From NCBI GenBank assembly GCA_945907765.1, contig CAMDTO010000001.1, forward strand, positions 28,083-92,082: DNA of 64,000 bases, in the 5' to 3' direction. The position numbers and the translations under genes are program-made. Under the pieces are notes generated by a model that was not told the origin of the DNA, did no database searches, and saw nothing but the letters and a program-made list of their open reading frames with translations. This document shows positions 1 to 10,800 of this stretch, in pieces; position 1 is the first letter of the stretch; the number at the start of each line of letters is the position of its first letter. The DNA comes from Thermoflexus hugenholtzii JAD2 (GTDB lineage: Bacteria; Chloroflexota; UBA11872; UBA12225).

Positions 1-900
1 TTTGCCTCAATCGTGAAGGCAAAGGGCGCGGACGTGTTCGACTACTTCGCCTTGAACCTCTATCGCAATCCCCACGATTTGTGGGACCGCTATCACGGTG
101 GCGTCCCGGTCGCGGCGGAAGAGGCGGACCGGGTTGGGTTTCGTGCGCGGCTCGATGCCATGGGCGCGGTTGGGAAGCCAATCTGGCTTACTGAGATCAA
201 CGCGATGCCTTACGACGACCCATTGCCCGGATGGGTTCCGTCTGATCGCAACGATGGGTTCAGGATCACGATGGCCGAGCAGGCGGATTATGTGCTGCAG
301 GCCCACGCGCTCGCGTTTGCCGCTGGCTACGAGAAGGTCTTCTTCCAAGCGCTGCAGGACGATCCATATCCGGTCCCCGATGAGTTGTGGGGGCTCGTGC
401 GCTATTCAGATGACCCCGAATGCGACCAGGATGCGTCACGGGCACGCCCGGCCTACCACGCTTACCGGATTGTCGCGAGGTTCGTCGCCGATGCCAACCG
501 TGCGGAACTCCATGTCCGGAAACGAAATGATCCGTCCCGACTTTCCAAGTTCGCATCGCGCTTCGAATGGGCGCAACATCTCGCGGTATTTCACAAGGGG
601 ACCGTGCGTGCGTCTGTCATCTGGAACGGAACCGGCCTGGAGGCGAGTATCTCGCTCAAGGCATCGGGCACGAGTGCCATCTTGATCGACAATGCTGGGT
701 CGGAAATGGCGCTTGAACCGGGACCCGATGGCCGGTTGACGTGGGTATTACCAGCCGCCTATCGACACTTCGATCAGTTCGGTGGTGACCCGCCCGGCTA
801 CTTCTATATTGGCGGCCGGACATTTGTCATCGTCGAACAGGGTGTGCCCCCTTCGGCGTCCGTCGATGCCCAAGGCTTCGTGAGGCAAGACGGTCAGTAA
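1..900 (+). CDS. glycoside hydrolase family protein (TIM-barrel, GH5/GH39-like), 5' partial
   Basis: The ORF runs off the window start in frame. It contains an 'IWLTEINAMP' catalytic-nucleophile-like motif, and its codon bias matches neighbouring genes. Confidence 0.5.
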   Translation, partial: FASIVKAKGADVFDYFALNLYRNPHDLWDRYHGGVPVAAEEADRVGFRARLDAMGAVGKPIWLTEINAMPYDDPLPGWVPSDRNDGFRITMAEQADYVLQAHALAFAAGYEKVFFQALQDDPYPVPDELWGLVRYSDDPECDQDASRARPAYHAYRIVARFVADANRAELHVRKRNDPSRLSKFASRFEWAQHLAVFHKGTVRASVIWNGTGLEASISLKASGTSAILIDNAGSEMALEPGPDGRLTWVLPAAYRHFDQFGGDPPGYFYIGGRTFVIVEQGVPPSASVDAQGFVRQDGQ

Positions 901-1008
901 CCCCACGGCCGCACGCACGGCGGTAGAAGTTGATCTCAACGCAGTGACAACACAGGCCGCCGACGCCTTGCGCAAGCGTCACGCCTTCGCAGCGGCTCTG
1001 ATTCCCGA

Positions 1009-1452
1009 TCAGGCTTTCATGTCGCAAATCATGCCGTTGATCTGGCCGACTTTTTCGGCAAGTTCGAGCAACGGCTTTTCCTTTGCGATCAGGCCGTCGG
1101 CCATCGACAGGAGTTCCTCATCGATCTTGTCGATGATCTGGTGCAGTTCCCGTTGCGCAATCGCAGATCGCAACTTCAGGCCATTCTTGACCACGTAGGA
1201 GATGAAGTTCCGGATCGATGAACGGTATCGGGTCAATCCATCTGGAGACGGATCTTCCAGAAGCTGCCGTCCCTGTTCCTCGACGTCCATGTAGAGACGA
1301 TCGAGATCCTGTTGGGCAACGGTCCGCTGAACGGTTGTCAGCGCTTCGGCGAAGCTTGCCGGCGCACCGGCCGCACGCGTTGCCGGTTGCCCGGGTGTGC
1401 GTGAACGGGTGATCTGTCCGGCGGTCGAACGGTCGCGAATCCGCAGTGGCAT
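1009..1452 (-). CDS. YaaR/DUF327 family protein
   Basis: The C-terminal half aligns by eye to B. subtilis YaaR: 'IIDKIDEELLSMADGLI...LLELAEKVGQINGMI' against 'IVETIDEKLLELTDELI...LLNRIGEIKGLL'. The start was chosen at MPLRIR; the ORF extends to 1488. Confidence 0.5.
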   Translation of the reverse strand: MPLRIRDRSTAGQITRSRTPGQPATRAAGAPASFAEALTTVQRTVAQQDLDRLYMDVEEQGRQLLEDPSPDGLTRYRSSIRNFISYVVKNGLKLRSAIAQRELHQIIDKIDEELLSMADGLIAKEKPLLELAEKVGQINGMICDMKA

Positions 1453-1552
1453 GCGGGCATTGTGACAGGTTCGGCGCTGAACGTCCACCAGTCACTATGG
1501 ATCGTGATGACGCAACGCTGTCTGGTCCGAGACGGTGGCGATTCGTCGGATT

Positions 1553-2482
1553 TCAGAAACCCGGAAGGCGCAGCGCTTGCGATTCCGGCACGGGTGGCGA
1601 TGGCCCGTCCGCTTCGGAGTCGAACTGTACCGGGGGTAGGTCGAGGAGTTGGCGCAAGGCAGAGGCCGACCGCGGACTGCTTCCGGAGTAGTGATTGTTC
1701 AAAAGGACGAAGACGTCACTGGTCCGACCGTTTTTCGTCTGCTCCTCGCGCCACTTCGAGATGAGCGACGCCCAACGCCGAAGGTCAGCCCCGCGGTCGA
1801 TGGTGATCGTCTGGTAGTCAATCGTGTTGTCGTGATCACCGGTGAGCCGCACGTACGCGAAGTCGGCTGTCTCACGGAAGGCTCGTGGTTCGTCAATTGC
1901 CCGGGGCATCGATGCCCATGGATTTGGACCCGGGTCCCAGTCGTTCCATACCCACGCGACGTGTGCTTCACGAAGGCGAGCCTCGATGTCCGGGGCTTCA
2001 ATCCACGATGGGTGGCGGAATTCGACGGCCACGCGCAAGGACTGGGGTGCAATCGACGGAAGCAGGTGCAGGGCGGATGACAAGCTATCCACGTCGCGTG
2101 GAAACTGGAAGCCCGGACCGAGTTGCAGGACTACGGCGCCAAGGCGGTCGCCAAGCCTGGAAATCGTTTTGAGAAATTCCTCAAGTTGCCGAAGTGAATC
2201 TGGACCTTGCAGACGTGCATCGTGAGTGATCTGCCGGGGCACCTTTGCCGTGAACCGGAATGTATCCGGGGTCTGCGAAATCCACCTGTCAACTTCCGAG
2301 GCGCGTGGAGGCCCGTAGAAAGTGCGGTCGATCTCGACGAGCGGGAAGGCGCGTGCATACCTGGCCAGTCGATCGGCAGGTCGCGTACCGGGTGGGTAGA
2401 GAAGGCCATTCCACCCGTCGTAGGAGAAGCCTTGGGACCCGATGAGCAGGACGCCCGGTGTGGGTTCGGCCGGATCATTCAT
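1553..2482 (-). CDS. DUF72 (UPF0759/YecE-like) family protein
   Basis: The N-terminus 'LLIGSQGFSYDGWNGLLYP...FPLVEIDRTFYGPP' is the characteristic DUF72 signature. It is a 309 aa ORF. Confidence 0.7.
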   Translation of the reverse strand: MNDPAEPTPGVLLIGSQGFSYDGWNGLLYPPGTRPADRLARYARAFPLVEIDRTFYGPPRASEVDRWISQTPDTFRFTAKVPRQITHDARLQGPDSLRQLEEFLKTISRLGDRLGAVVLQLGPGFQFPRDVDSLSSALHLLPSIAPQSLRVAVEFRHPSWIEAPDIEARLREAHVAWVWNDWDPGPNPWASMPRAIDEPRAFRETADFAYVRLTGDHDNTIDYQTITIDRGADLRRWASLISKWREEQTKNGRTSDVFVLLNNHYSGSSPRSASALRQLLDLPPVQFDSEADGPSPPVPESQALRLPGF

Positions 2483-2555
2483 CGCCGGTCACCGATATCG
2501 GGACAGACCCACCGGATGTGTGTGGCCTGGTCATGCCTGTGATCTTGAGTGCGGG

Positions 2556-2632
<77 letters not shown>

Positions 2633-2696
2633 ATACGACAGCCAGTGTAGCAAGAACTGGGTTCGGAACCCCGTAACCCGGGATGCACATCGACGC

Positions 2697-3488
2697 TCAC
2701 GCTGTTTGGTAACGAAGATAGAGTTCGCTTTCATGCGTATAGACACTTTTCAATGAAAGATGCGCAAGAGCGTCGGCTGGAAAGGCGACACCCTCGAACA
2801 TGGTCACCCCGCCCCGCCCATTCTGGATTTTCGGGGCGATTGTCACGTAGACCTCATCGACCAGGCTGAGTGCAAGCATGCGTGCGTTCAGCGCGGCACC
2901 GCCTAGGCAACAGAGGGTCCTGACCCCGAGCTCGTGACGGAAGACGTGAAGCATCTCGTCAAGTGGCACTTCGTGTTCGCCCCGCGTGATGACCGTAGTT
3001 TGCGATGCGAATGCTTCCACGGTCTCGGGAGGCGTGGCGTTGCTGACGAAGAGGGCTGTTCGGTCTGGCCCCCCCTCGAACATGCGTGGTGGGGTTGGAA
3101 ATGCGCCCACCGTGCTGACGGCCGCCCAGAGTGGTTCGGCGCGCACACCACGGGCAAGACGGCGTGCCTGCCTTGCTTCGTCGTGCCATGGATAGCCCGG
3201 GTTGTCCTCGCGCACCAGGGTCGCCCCGAAGAGGACCGCATCGCACTGCGCCTCGATGCGGGTCATCAGATAGTGATCCATCCTGCTGCCGATGAGGCGG
3301 GTAGTCCCCGGTCCGCCGATCACCACCTTGCCGTCAAGCGTCATGACCATGTTGACCACGACATACGGGCGGGTGTCCGGGGTCTGGGTTGCGAACCCGA
3401 GGTCGGTGTAGACCTCTTCACGGGCGATTTCGCCTGATGGCGTACTGGCGGTGGCGGTCGTGATGGTTTGGTCTAGGAGGCGCTGCAT
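2697..3488 (-). CDS. RibD C-terminal domain / dihydrofolate reductase-family reductase
   Basis: It carries the 'PYVVVNMVMTLDGKV' nucleotide-binding motif typical of the RibG/RibD reductase domain. It is 263 aa. Confidence 0.6.
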   Translation of the reverse strand: MQRLLDQTITTATASTPSGEIAREEVYTDLGFATQTPDTRPYVVVNMVMTLDGKVVIGGPGTTRLIGSRMDHYLMTRIEAQCDAVLFGATLVREDNPGYPWHDEARQARRLARGVRAEPLWAAVSTVGAFPTPPRMFEGGPDRTALFVSNATPPETVEAFASQTTVITRGEHEVPLDEMLHVFRHELGVRTLCCLGGAALNARMLALSLVDEVYVTIAPKIQNGRGGVTMFEGVAFPADALAHLSLKSVYTHESELYLRYQTA

Positions 3489-3657
3489 CAGTCAAGAGGC
3501 CTTTCTGTTGAAAGAAACCGTACCCGAGTGACTGCGAGTTCGGGTCCACGGTGGGTCACTGGGGGTACCCTCAACCCGTTCCGGCCGTCTCGCGTTCGGC
3601 GCCCATTGCACGCGTTGTCACGCTTGACGAGGGTCGAATCGACGTCGGCCGGGAACC

Positions 3658-5313
3658 TTGTTGGATCGAGGCGATATCGTGCGGGCATTGCTAAGCGTGT
3701 GGGACAAGAACGGTCTGGTGGAGTTTGCGCAGGGTTTGCATGATCTGGGTTGGGAACTTGTCAGTACCGGGCAGACGCACGCAACCCTGACCAAGGCCGG
3801 TATTCCGGCGATTTCGGTCGCCGGTGTAACCGGATTTCCAGAAATCCTTGGAGGACGGGTCAAGACCCTCCATCCGGCAATTCATGCCGGCATCCTTGCC
3901 CGGCGCGACGTTCCCGGCGACCTCTCAACACTTGCGGATCACGGGATTGTGGCGGTCGACATGGTGGTCACGAACCTGTACCCGTTTGTCTCGACGATTT
4001 CCGGAAACGATGCCCCGGCCATGGTCGATGGTGACCTGACGGATGCCATCCGTGGGGCAGTGGAACAGATTGACATTGGCGGACCCGCGATGACCCGGGC
4101 GGCAGCAAAGAACTTCGCCCACGTCGCGGTGGTGACGGACCCGCGGGACTACCCGGGCACATTAGAACATCTGCGGGCCGGCAGTTTGACCATGGCGGAA
4201 CGCGTGAGGCTTGCGCAGGTGGCTTTCGCGCATACCGCCCAGTACGACGCGTACGTCGCGGCCTATTTCTCGGCCATGGCCGGTCAGAAGTTTCCGGACG
4301 CCGTTTCCCTCCCGCTGACCCGTTCCTCCTTGCTCACCTACGGCGAGAACCCTCACCAGTCGGCGTCCCTCTACCGGTTAGCCGATTCGCGGTTGACCCG
4401 GCCAGGCCTTGCGGACCTGGTGCACCTTTCGGGAGATGACCCGTCGTACAACAACCTTCTGGACCTTGATTGCGCCTATGCGATCGTCGCGGACTTCATG
4501 GAAGTTGCCGTAAGTATCGTCAAGCACAACAACCCCTGCGGTGTCGGGGTTGGTTCCACGCCTGCGGAGGCGTACCGGCGGGCGTATGCCGGCGACCCGC
4601 TGTCAGCATTTGGTGGTGTCGTGGCATGCAACAGGATAGTCGACGGCGACATGGCACGGGCGATGAGTGGAGTTCTCTACTGGGTCCTCGTGGCACCCGG
4701 ATATACCGATGAGGCACTGAGGATCCTTGGCCGCCGCCAGACCAGGGTCTTCTCACTGCCCGTCCCGGCCACCTCCGGGATGCTGTCAGCATTCGATTGG
4801 CAATACCGGCCAGTGACGGGTGGGTTCCTGGCCCAGTCGCACGACACCGTCAATGCGGACACTGTGAGCTTCACACCTGCATCGGTCCGGGAACTTACCG
4901 TCGCCGAGGAGGCTGATCTCCGGATGGCCTGGCGGATTGTCAGGCACGTGCGTTCGAATGCGAGCGTGTTCGTGCGCGACGGCGCAGTGCGTGCCGTTGG
5001 CGCTGGGCAGATGAGCCGCCTTGACAGTGTGGTTGCGGCGACCCGGATTGCTTCACGCAGTGCGCAGGATGCACGGACTGGTGATGCCCCGCTGATGCAG
5101 GGGGAAAAGGGACTCTCGTCACCGCTTATCGGATCGGTGATGGCCACCGACGGCTTCTTCGCCGATCCGGATGCCGTTGAGGCGGCGTGTGAGGCTGGTG
5201 CAACCGCGATTGCCCATCCCGGCGGGGGACGGAAGGACGCCGACGCGTCAGCGATGGCTGACCGCTATGGCATCGCGCTGGTCACCACCGGATTCCGACA
5301 CTTCCGCCACTGA
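3658..5313 (+). CDS. purH: bifunctional AICAR transformylase / IMP cyclohydrolase
   Basis: It has an MGS-like N-terminus 'RALLSVWDKNGLVEFAQ...STGQT...GRVKTLHP', an AICARFT domain, and a C-terminal '...TTGFRHFRH'. Confidence 0.9.
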   Translation: MLDRGDIVRALLSVWDKNGLVEFAQGLHDLGWELVSTGQTHATLTKAGIPAISVAGVTGFPEILGGRVKTLHPAIHAGILARRDVPGDLSTLADHGIVAVDMVVTNLYPFVSTISGNDAPAMVDGDLTDAIRGAVEQIDIGGPAMTRAAAKNFAHVAVVTDPRDYPGTLEHLRAGSLTMAERVRLAQVAFAHTAQYDAYVAAYFSAMAGQKFPDAVSLPLTRSSLLTYGENPHQSASLYRLADSRLTRPGLADLVHLSGDDPSYNNLLDLDCAYAIVADFMEVAVSIVKHNNPCGVGVGSTPAEAYRRAYAGDPLSAFGGVVACNRIVDGDMARAMSGVLYWVLVAPGYTDEALRILGRRQTRVFSLPVPATSGMLSAFDWQYRPVTGGFLAQSHDTVNADTVSFTPASVRELTVAEEADLRMAWRIVRHVRSNASVFVRDGAVRAVGAGQMSRLDSVVAATRIASRSAQDARTGDAPLMQGEKGLSSPLIGSVMATDGFFADPDAVEAACEAGATAIAHPGGGRKDADASAMADRYGIALVTTGFRHFRH

Positions 5314-5426
5314 CGGGCGCGAAGTCCGGATTGGGTTCTCCCGAACAGCGTCGCTCCCGCTCCGGTTCCCTCCCCCGAAGTCGGGAGAGGGGTGTTCGGA
5401 AGGAGTTTACGGAGAGGGCGGTTGGA

Positions 5427-6401
5427 CTACTTGCGGACAGTGATCCCCAATTCCCGGGTGCGTTCTCCAACCGCCGCGATTTCGGTGGCGTCGGCAGTGT
5501 GGAGGGGCGATGACATCGTCGGGTGCGTGATGACGCCCAGCGTAACGAGGGACGCCTTCATGCCCCCGAAACTGCGGGCATGCCGTCCCCCCGCGGTCAT
5601 GTCGAGAAGGCCCATCGCCGCATCAACCAGGTGTTGCGCGGTCCGTGCGGCGTCGAGGTTGCCTCGTTCGGATTGTTCCCAAGCGTCCACACAGGCGCGG
5701 GGCACGACATTGGCGATGCCGGGAATGCATCCGTGGAGGCCCGGGATCAAGGCGACCTCGGTCATGGCCTTCGACCCGAGGAAGATGCGCAGTGGAACTC
5801 CGGCCTCCGCGACGGCGGACGCGAGTTCACGTGCCCATGGGAGATCACCTTGGCTGTCCTTTATCCCGGCCACGGTTCCCTCCCGGGCGAGCTCGATGAT
5901 GGTCGGGATTTCCACGCGTGTCTTGACCGTTGACGGAATGTTGTACATGTAAAGGGGCACGTCAACAGCATCGCGCACTTCGCGATACATGTGAAGGAGC
6001 TCTTCCTGACTGTTGGCATAGTAGTACGGCGGGGTCACGGCGATCGCGTCGGCCCCAACGGCGACGGCGCGTCGGGCGTGACCGATGGTGAGGCGCGTGC
6101 TGCAATCGGAAACGTTGGCAATCACGGGCAGTTTTCCGTCAACGGTCTCGACGATGGTGGCGGTGACGTGTTCGCGCTCCTCCGCGTCGATGCAGGCGAA
6201 CTCGCCGGTGGTCCCACACGCCCATATCCCGTGCACCCCATTGATCAAGAGATATCTGGTGAGGCGCATGAGAGACCGAAGATCAACCTGACCGTCGGGC
6301 ATCAGAGGGGTCAGGATTGGCGGCACGATTCCACTAAGTGCGGTCAGGTCGGTCAATTGCGTGTTCCTTAAGCAAGGGTTTGGTGTACCGGCAGGTCTCA
6401 C
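5427..6401 (-). CDS. dihydrodipicolinate synthase family lyase (DapA-like)
   Basis: 'PPILTPLMPDG...GVHGIWACGTTGEFACIDAEER...IAVTPPYYY' is the DHDPS/NAL family signature. The true start is possibly downstream of 6401. Confidence 0.75.
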   Translation of the reverse strand: MRPAGTPNPCLRNTQLTDLTALSGIVPPILTPLMPDGQVDLRSLMRLTRYLLINGVHGIWACGTTGEFACIDAEEREHVTATIVETVDGKLPVIANVSDCSTRLTIGHARRAVAVGADAIAVTPPYYYANSQEELLHMYREVRDAVDVPLYMYNIPSTVKTRVEIPTIIELAREGTVAGIKDSQGDLPWARELASAVAEAGVPLRIFLGSKAMTEVALIPGLHGCIPGIANVVPRACVDAWEQSERGNLDAARTAQHLVDAAMGLLDMTAGGRHARSFGGMKASLVTLGVITHPTMSSPLHTADATEIAAVGERTRELGITVRK

Positions 6402-6430
6402 GGTTGTAGCACAGTCGGGTTCGAGGGAGG

Positions 6431-7765
6431 TCAGCCAGGCCGGAAGGGGTCGAGGCGCGCAACGTGGCGTGTGGCGCTACCGAGGACGCCCGTTGTTGTT
6501 GCTTCCAAGGTGCCGATTGCCACCGACGGCGCGAAGTACGGCGAGTCCCATGAAACGGCGTCGCCGGCGTGAGTGCCAGGTACGGGGAAGAGGCGAGCCG
6601 ACAGTGGTTTGTCAAGTCGCACGGCCAAGGTGGCCATATCGAGGATGATTGCGCCAAGGGTTCCAGCGGATGTGTCCCCAGCCAGGGGCACGGTGTCGAG
6701 TCCGAGACCGCAGACCGCACTCGCGAGCAACAATTGATCGATGCCGATGTGGCCCGATGACGCGCGTTGCGCAAGGACGCTGTCTTCGAGGACGGGCATC
6801 ATGAGGCCTGAGAAGGCGAACGGTCGCTGTCTCCCCCCAGGAGTCGTTCCGGTCATGCCCGTCCTTGTTGCGACCTCATGCAGGCACTCGGTGAGGAATG
6901 ACGCGACGAAGACTGTGCCGTGACCGCCAAACGCGGGCAATCCAAGGTGTTCAAATGCACTCCCGATGCTCGTGCTATCGCCTGGCAATGGGGCAGGTGA
7001 GAAGTCGACACCGTTGAACCGGACTCCTCCCAGACTGTCGACAACGGTGCGAACGATCTTCGCGACACGGTTGACGGCATGGGAAAGGGATTCGACGAGA
7101 CGGATCCGGGCGTCCTCAAGGTTTGACGCACCGGCAAAGGCGTCTGTGACCAAGTTTGCGCATTGCAAGCCAATCCCGACTGCGGGAGTGTCCTCACCAT
7201 CGTGATAGGCGGCCGGGAAGAACGGGATGTTTGGTCCGCAGTTGGCGAGGGCGGCGAACCGGAAATTGCCGTAGCCGTCATTCCCACCGCGCGCGATGCG
7301 GGCCACGGCACTCCCGGCACTTCGGCACGCCTCTATGTTTATCTCCGCGAGACCGGATGGCTTGCGTGTCGCGACGGACGCGGTCACTGACATGAGTGAG
7401 GTCGTCGCGATGATTTCGGGAACGAGGTCAAGGAGTGGTGCCCAGACGGAATCCGGTGTGCCGACGGTGTCGATTGTGCCGAATGACACGTGACCGAAAT
7501 CGCTCAGGCGAGACGCCTCGTCCAGGAACGCCGCCTGTTCCAGGACGTCTCGCGACGTCCTGGCATCGCTGCCCGTAAACCGGTTGGTGACCGGTGGCAA
7601 GGCGAGGCGAACGGTCTGGGTTTCGATGCCGGCCCGGTCCAACGCCTCGCGGATGCCGGACGCGATGGTTCCCGCCCGACACACCAGAGGGGATTGTGTC
7701 CCGGGGGTCACGGGAATACCGACGGTGACCGGTATGCCAACGGTGATGGCGCGGACTTTCATGTG
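6431..7765 (-). CDS. DUF711 / UPF0210 family protein
   Basis: The start is MKVRAITVGI (DUF711 N-terminus). It also has 'PFFPAAYH' and 'GLMMPVLEDSVLA' motifs. The ORF extends to 7834. Confidence 0.7.
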   Translation of the reverse strand, partial: HMKVRAITVGIPVTVGIPVTPGTQSPLVCRAGTIASGIREALDRAGIETQTVRLALPPVTNRFTGSDARTSRDVLEQAAFLDEASRLSDFGHVSFGTIDTVGTPDSVWAPLLDLVPEIIATTSLMSVTASVATRKPSGLAEINIEACRSAGSAVARIARGGNDGYGNFRFAALANCGPNIPFFPAAYHDGEDTPAVGIGLQCANLVTDAFAGASNLEDARIRLVESLSHAVNRVAKIVRTVVDSLGGVRFNGVDFSPAPLPGDSTSIGSAFEHLGLPAFGGHGTVFVASFLTECLHEVATRTGMTGTTPGGRQRPFAFSGLMMPVLEDSVLAQRASSGHIGIDQLLLASAVCGLGLDTVPLAGDTSAGTLGAIILDMATLAVRLDKPLSARLFPVPGTHAGDAVSWDSPYFAPSVAIGTLEATTTGVLGSATRHVARLDPFRPG

Positions 7766-7863
7766 ATTGCGATCAATTGACCGTTCTGATGTTCGCCACT
7801 CGCCGACCCCCGCGGGCGTCGTGCCGTCGATCACTACACTCTATACGAACTGAAACGACGTGA

Positions 7864-10800
7864 ATGACGACCCGCGACACAGATAGTGACCACAACATCC
7901 CTGCCCCGTCGCCGTTGACCGATGAACCCTTCGACATTCCCGGACCGGCTACGGTGGATTTGCCTGAAGAAATTGCTGGTGACGGCGAAACAAGTCCGGT
8001 GGTCGTGGCACCAGTCCGTCGCCGTCGCACTGCGCGGGTCGCGGCTGCGGTGCGAAGTGACCTTGTCGATGGGTTTGCCCGGAGGTACCCATTCCCGCTG
8101 GACCAGTTCCAGTTGGAGGCAATGCAGGCACTGAGTGCGGATCGGTCGGTCCTGGTTGCCGCCCCGACTGGCACGGGCAAGACGGTGATTGCCGAGTTTG
8201 GCGTCGAACTTGCGCGAAGCAAGGGGATGCGGGCCATCTACACCGCGCCAATCAAGGCGTTGTCGAACCAGAAGTTCCACGACTGGCGGGCAACCTACGG
8301 GGATGCCGTCGGACTCCTGACCGGCGATGTCACCGAGAATGCCTCAGGTGACGTCCTAGTCATGACTACCGAGGTTCTCCGCAATATGGTGTTGCGGAGC
8401 CCGGAGGCATTCGGCGACACGGCCGTGGTGATCTTTGACGAAGTCCACTTCCTTGCCGACCCCGACCGGGGCACGACATGGGAAGAAGCAATCCTGAATT
8501 GTCCGCCGCACGTCCAGTTGGTATGCCTCTCGGCCACCGTTTCGAATGCAGCCGAGATTGCCCGTTGGATCGGGCGTGTCCATCGGGAGACCATCCTTGT
8601 CGAACATTCGACGCGGGCGGTTCCGATTGATCACCTGTACATCCATGATGATCGGATCTGGCCGCTCGTGGACGCGACAGGAAGGCTTCACGAACCCTTG
8701 CGTGTCGGTGGCGAGACGCGGACGCCTCGGCCAATGGGTATGGGGCGTGGAGCCCGACCGAAGGAGTTGCCACGCCCGCGGGATGTTCTCGCAATCCTCG
8801 GCGAGAACCAGATGTTGCCGGTGATCTATTTCCTGTTTGGGCGACGGGCATGTGAGGTGGCCGGTGCCAGTTGTGATCGTCTCGACCTTGGTGGCGATGC
8901 CGTCACACGACGGCGGCGTACCGAACGTGTGCGCCAGACCATGGAGGCCCTTGGCCCTGAAGACCGGACGCTTGCCCAGGTGCGCGATCTGACCCACCTC
9001 CTCGAACGAGGCATGGCGTTTCATCATGCCGGCGTCCTTCCCGTCTTGAAGCAGCTCGTTGAGGGCCTTTTTTCAGAGGGGCTCCTCGGTGCGGTCTTTG
9101 CAACTGAGACCCTCGCGCTTGGTGTGAACATGCCAGCACGGAGCGTCGTGATCGCCGAACACACGAAATACGACGGAGTTTCCAGGCGAGTGCTGTTGCC
9201 GAACGAGTACTCGCAACTCTCCGGACGCGCTGGTCGCCGTGGTAAGGATGAGCGAGGGTTCGCGGTATCGCTTTACAGTCCCTGGACCACCTGCGCCGAA
9301 GTGCAGGAACTGATCGGGGCCGATCTCCTGCCGGTTCGCAGTGCATTCACACCGCGGTATCACACGGTCGTCTCGCTGTGGGATGGCACCAGAACGGGGC
9401 GTGAACGGCTGCAGCGGCTGTTCGCGTCCAGTCTCCGGCAATTCCAGACGGATGATGCCTTGCAGGAGGCGATGGCCGAAGTTGAGGACCTGCGTGCCGA
9501 GGCGGACGAGAGGCACTACGTGTGCCCGGTTCCTGACGTGGACGATGACGCGATCGTCGATTACACGGCACTCCGGCGTGACGTCGCAGAGGCCCATCGT
9601 CAGGTGGAACGTGCGCGGATCACGGTTGCGGGGGCCGCGCGTGATGCCGGTCACCTTCCGTGGAACCCGCCATCGCCGGTCGCGGTCAAGCGTGCAGTCC
9701 AGGGGTTCACCGGCGGCGAGGTCGTCTACCTTTCAAACTGGCGCGCGACTGTTGCACGGGACGCCTCATCCGACGGTGAACCGGTACCGGCGACAACTGC
9801 TGGCGGTGCGTGGTCGGTCTTCCTGCGGCGCGATGGCTCGGGCCCGGGGATATTCGTGGCTGAAGGGCAAGTGGTCCAGGTCCGTCAGTGGTCTGTGGTT
9901 ACCCGCCTCGCATCGGGTCGAGACGGCATTTCGCGAGTGGTGGTTCCACCGGATCTGGTGGATGCGCAACCCCAGACCGATGCGCGGACTGTCGTGGACC
10001 CGATGGGATGGGCGAGGTTCGAGGCGAGCATTGCGGCCCTCGAGCTTCCCGATCTAGCCCGGTTCGAGGCTGATCGGCGTGCAAGGCAACAGGACCTTAC
10101 TGAACGCCTTGTGACGCCTCATGTCACGCGTGAGGAGTCTCTACAGAGGCGCATGGGAGGTCATCCGTGCCACAAGTGCCCGCACCGTTCGGCACATGAC
10201 CGTGCATGGCGCCGCGAACGTGAGGCGCTCCGATCGGTCATCGAGGCTGAGGCCCACGCGGCCCTGATCGAGACCGAGGCGTCGACCCAGGCGACCAGGA
10301 CACTCGATGCGATCGTGTCAGTCCTCGGACGATTTGGCGCATTGACACCGGCACGGGCGGGTCTGGCGCAACCGACGGACATCGCGGTCGGATTGCGGTC
10401 ACTCTACGACCCGAATGGATTGCTGCTGTTGAATGCCGCTCGTCGCGGATGGCTTGACGCCCTGACGCCGACGGATCTGATGGAGTTGATCTCGTGGTTC
10501 TGTTACGACCGTGACACCGTTCGCTACAACCGCTACTGGCTCTCGGCCGTGATGTCCGAGGTGCGAAACCGTCTCGATGAGCTCGGTGCCGAGATGGTGC
10601 AGGCTGAACAACGTGTGGGCCTGGCGATCACCTCCGGACTGAATCGCAGTTTCCACGGTGTCCTGACGGCGTGGTGCCGTGGTGAAACCTTTGGTGAGCT
10701 TCTCGATAGTGTCGGCGTGAGTGAGGGTGACTTGCTCCTCACGATGAACAAGACATTGGATCTTGCATCACAGATGCGTGAGGCGCTCCGTTCACTGACC

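Noticed and set aside
3489-3657. Possible ZTP (pfl) riboswitch upstream of purH, suggested by GGGTCACTGG...CCGGCCGTC.
   Set aside because: The sequence matches only fragments of the conserved GGGUCGUGACUGGCG / CCGGACGACCGCCUGGGCA cores. There is no convincing pseudoknot partner. A cmsearch with RF01750 would be needed; by eye it does not fit.
5314-5426. Candidate intrinsic terminator in the convergent purH/DHDPS-like spacer (ccctccccc...gggagagggg).
   Set aside because: The stem is imperfect with bulges and has no U-tract on either strand. It is not convincing without folding software.
8356-9027. Long antisense ORFs inside helY, carB (e.g. 45135-46208, 357 aa), recG, ftsK and others.
   Set aside because: These are typical spurious open frames on the opposite strand of genuine genes in high-GC DNA. 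They lack motifs and have poor codon periodicity compared with the annotated strand.
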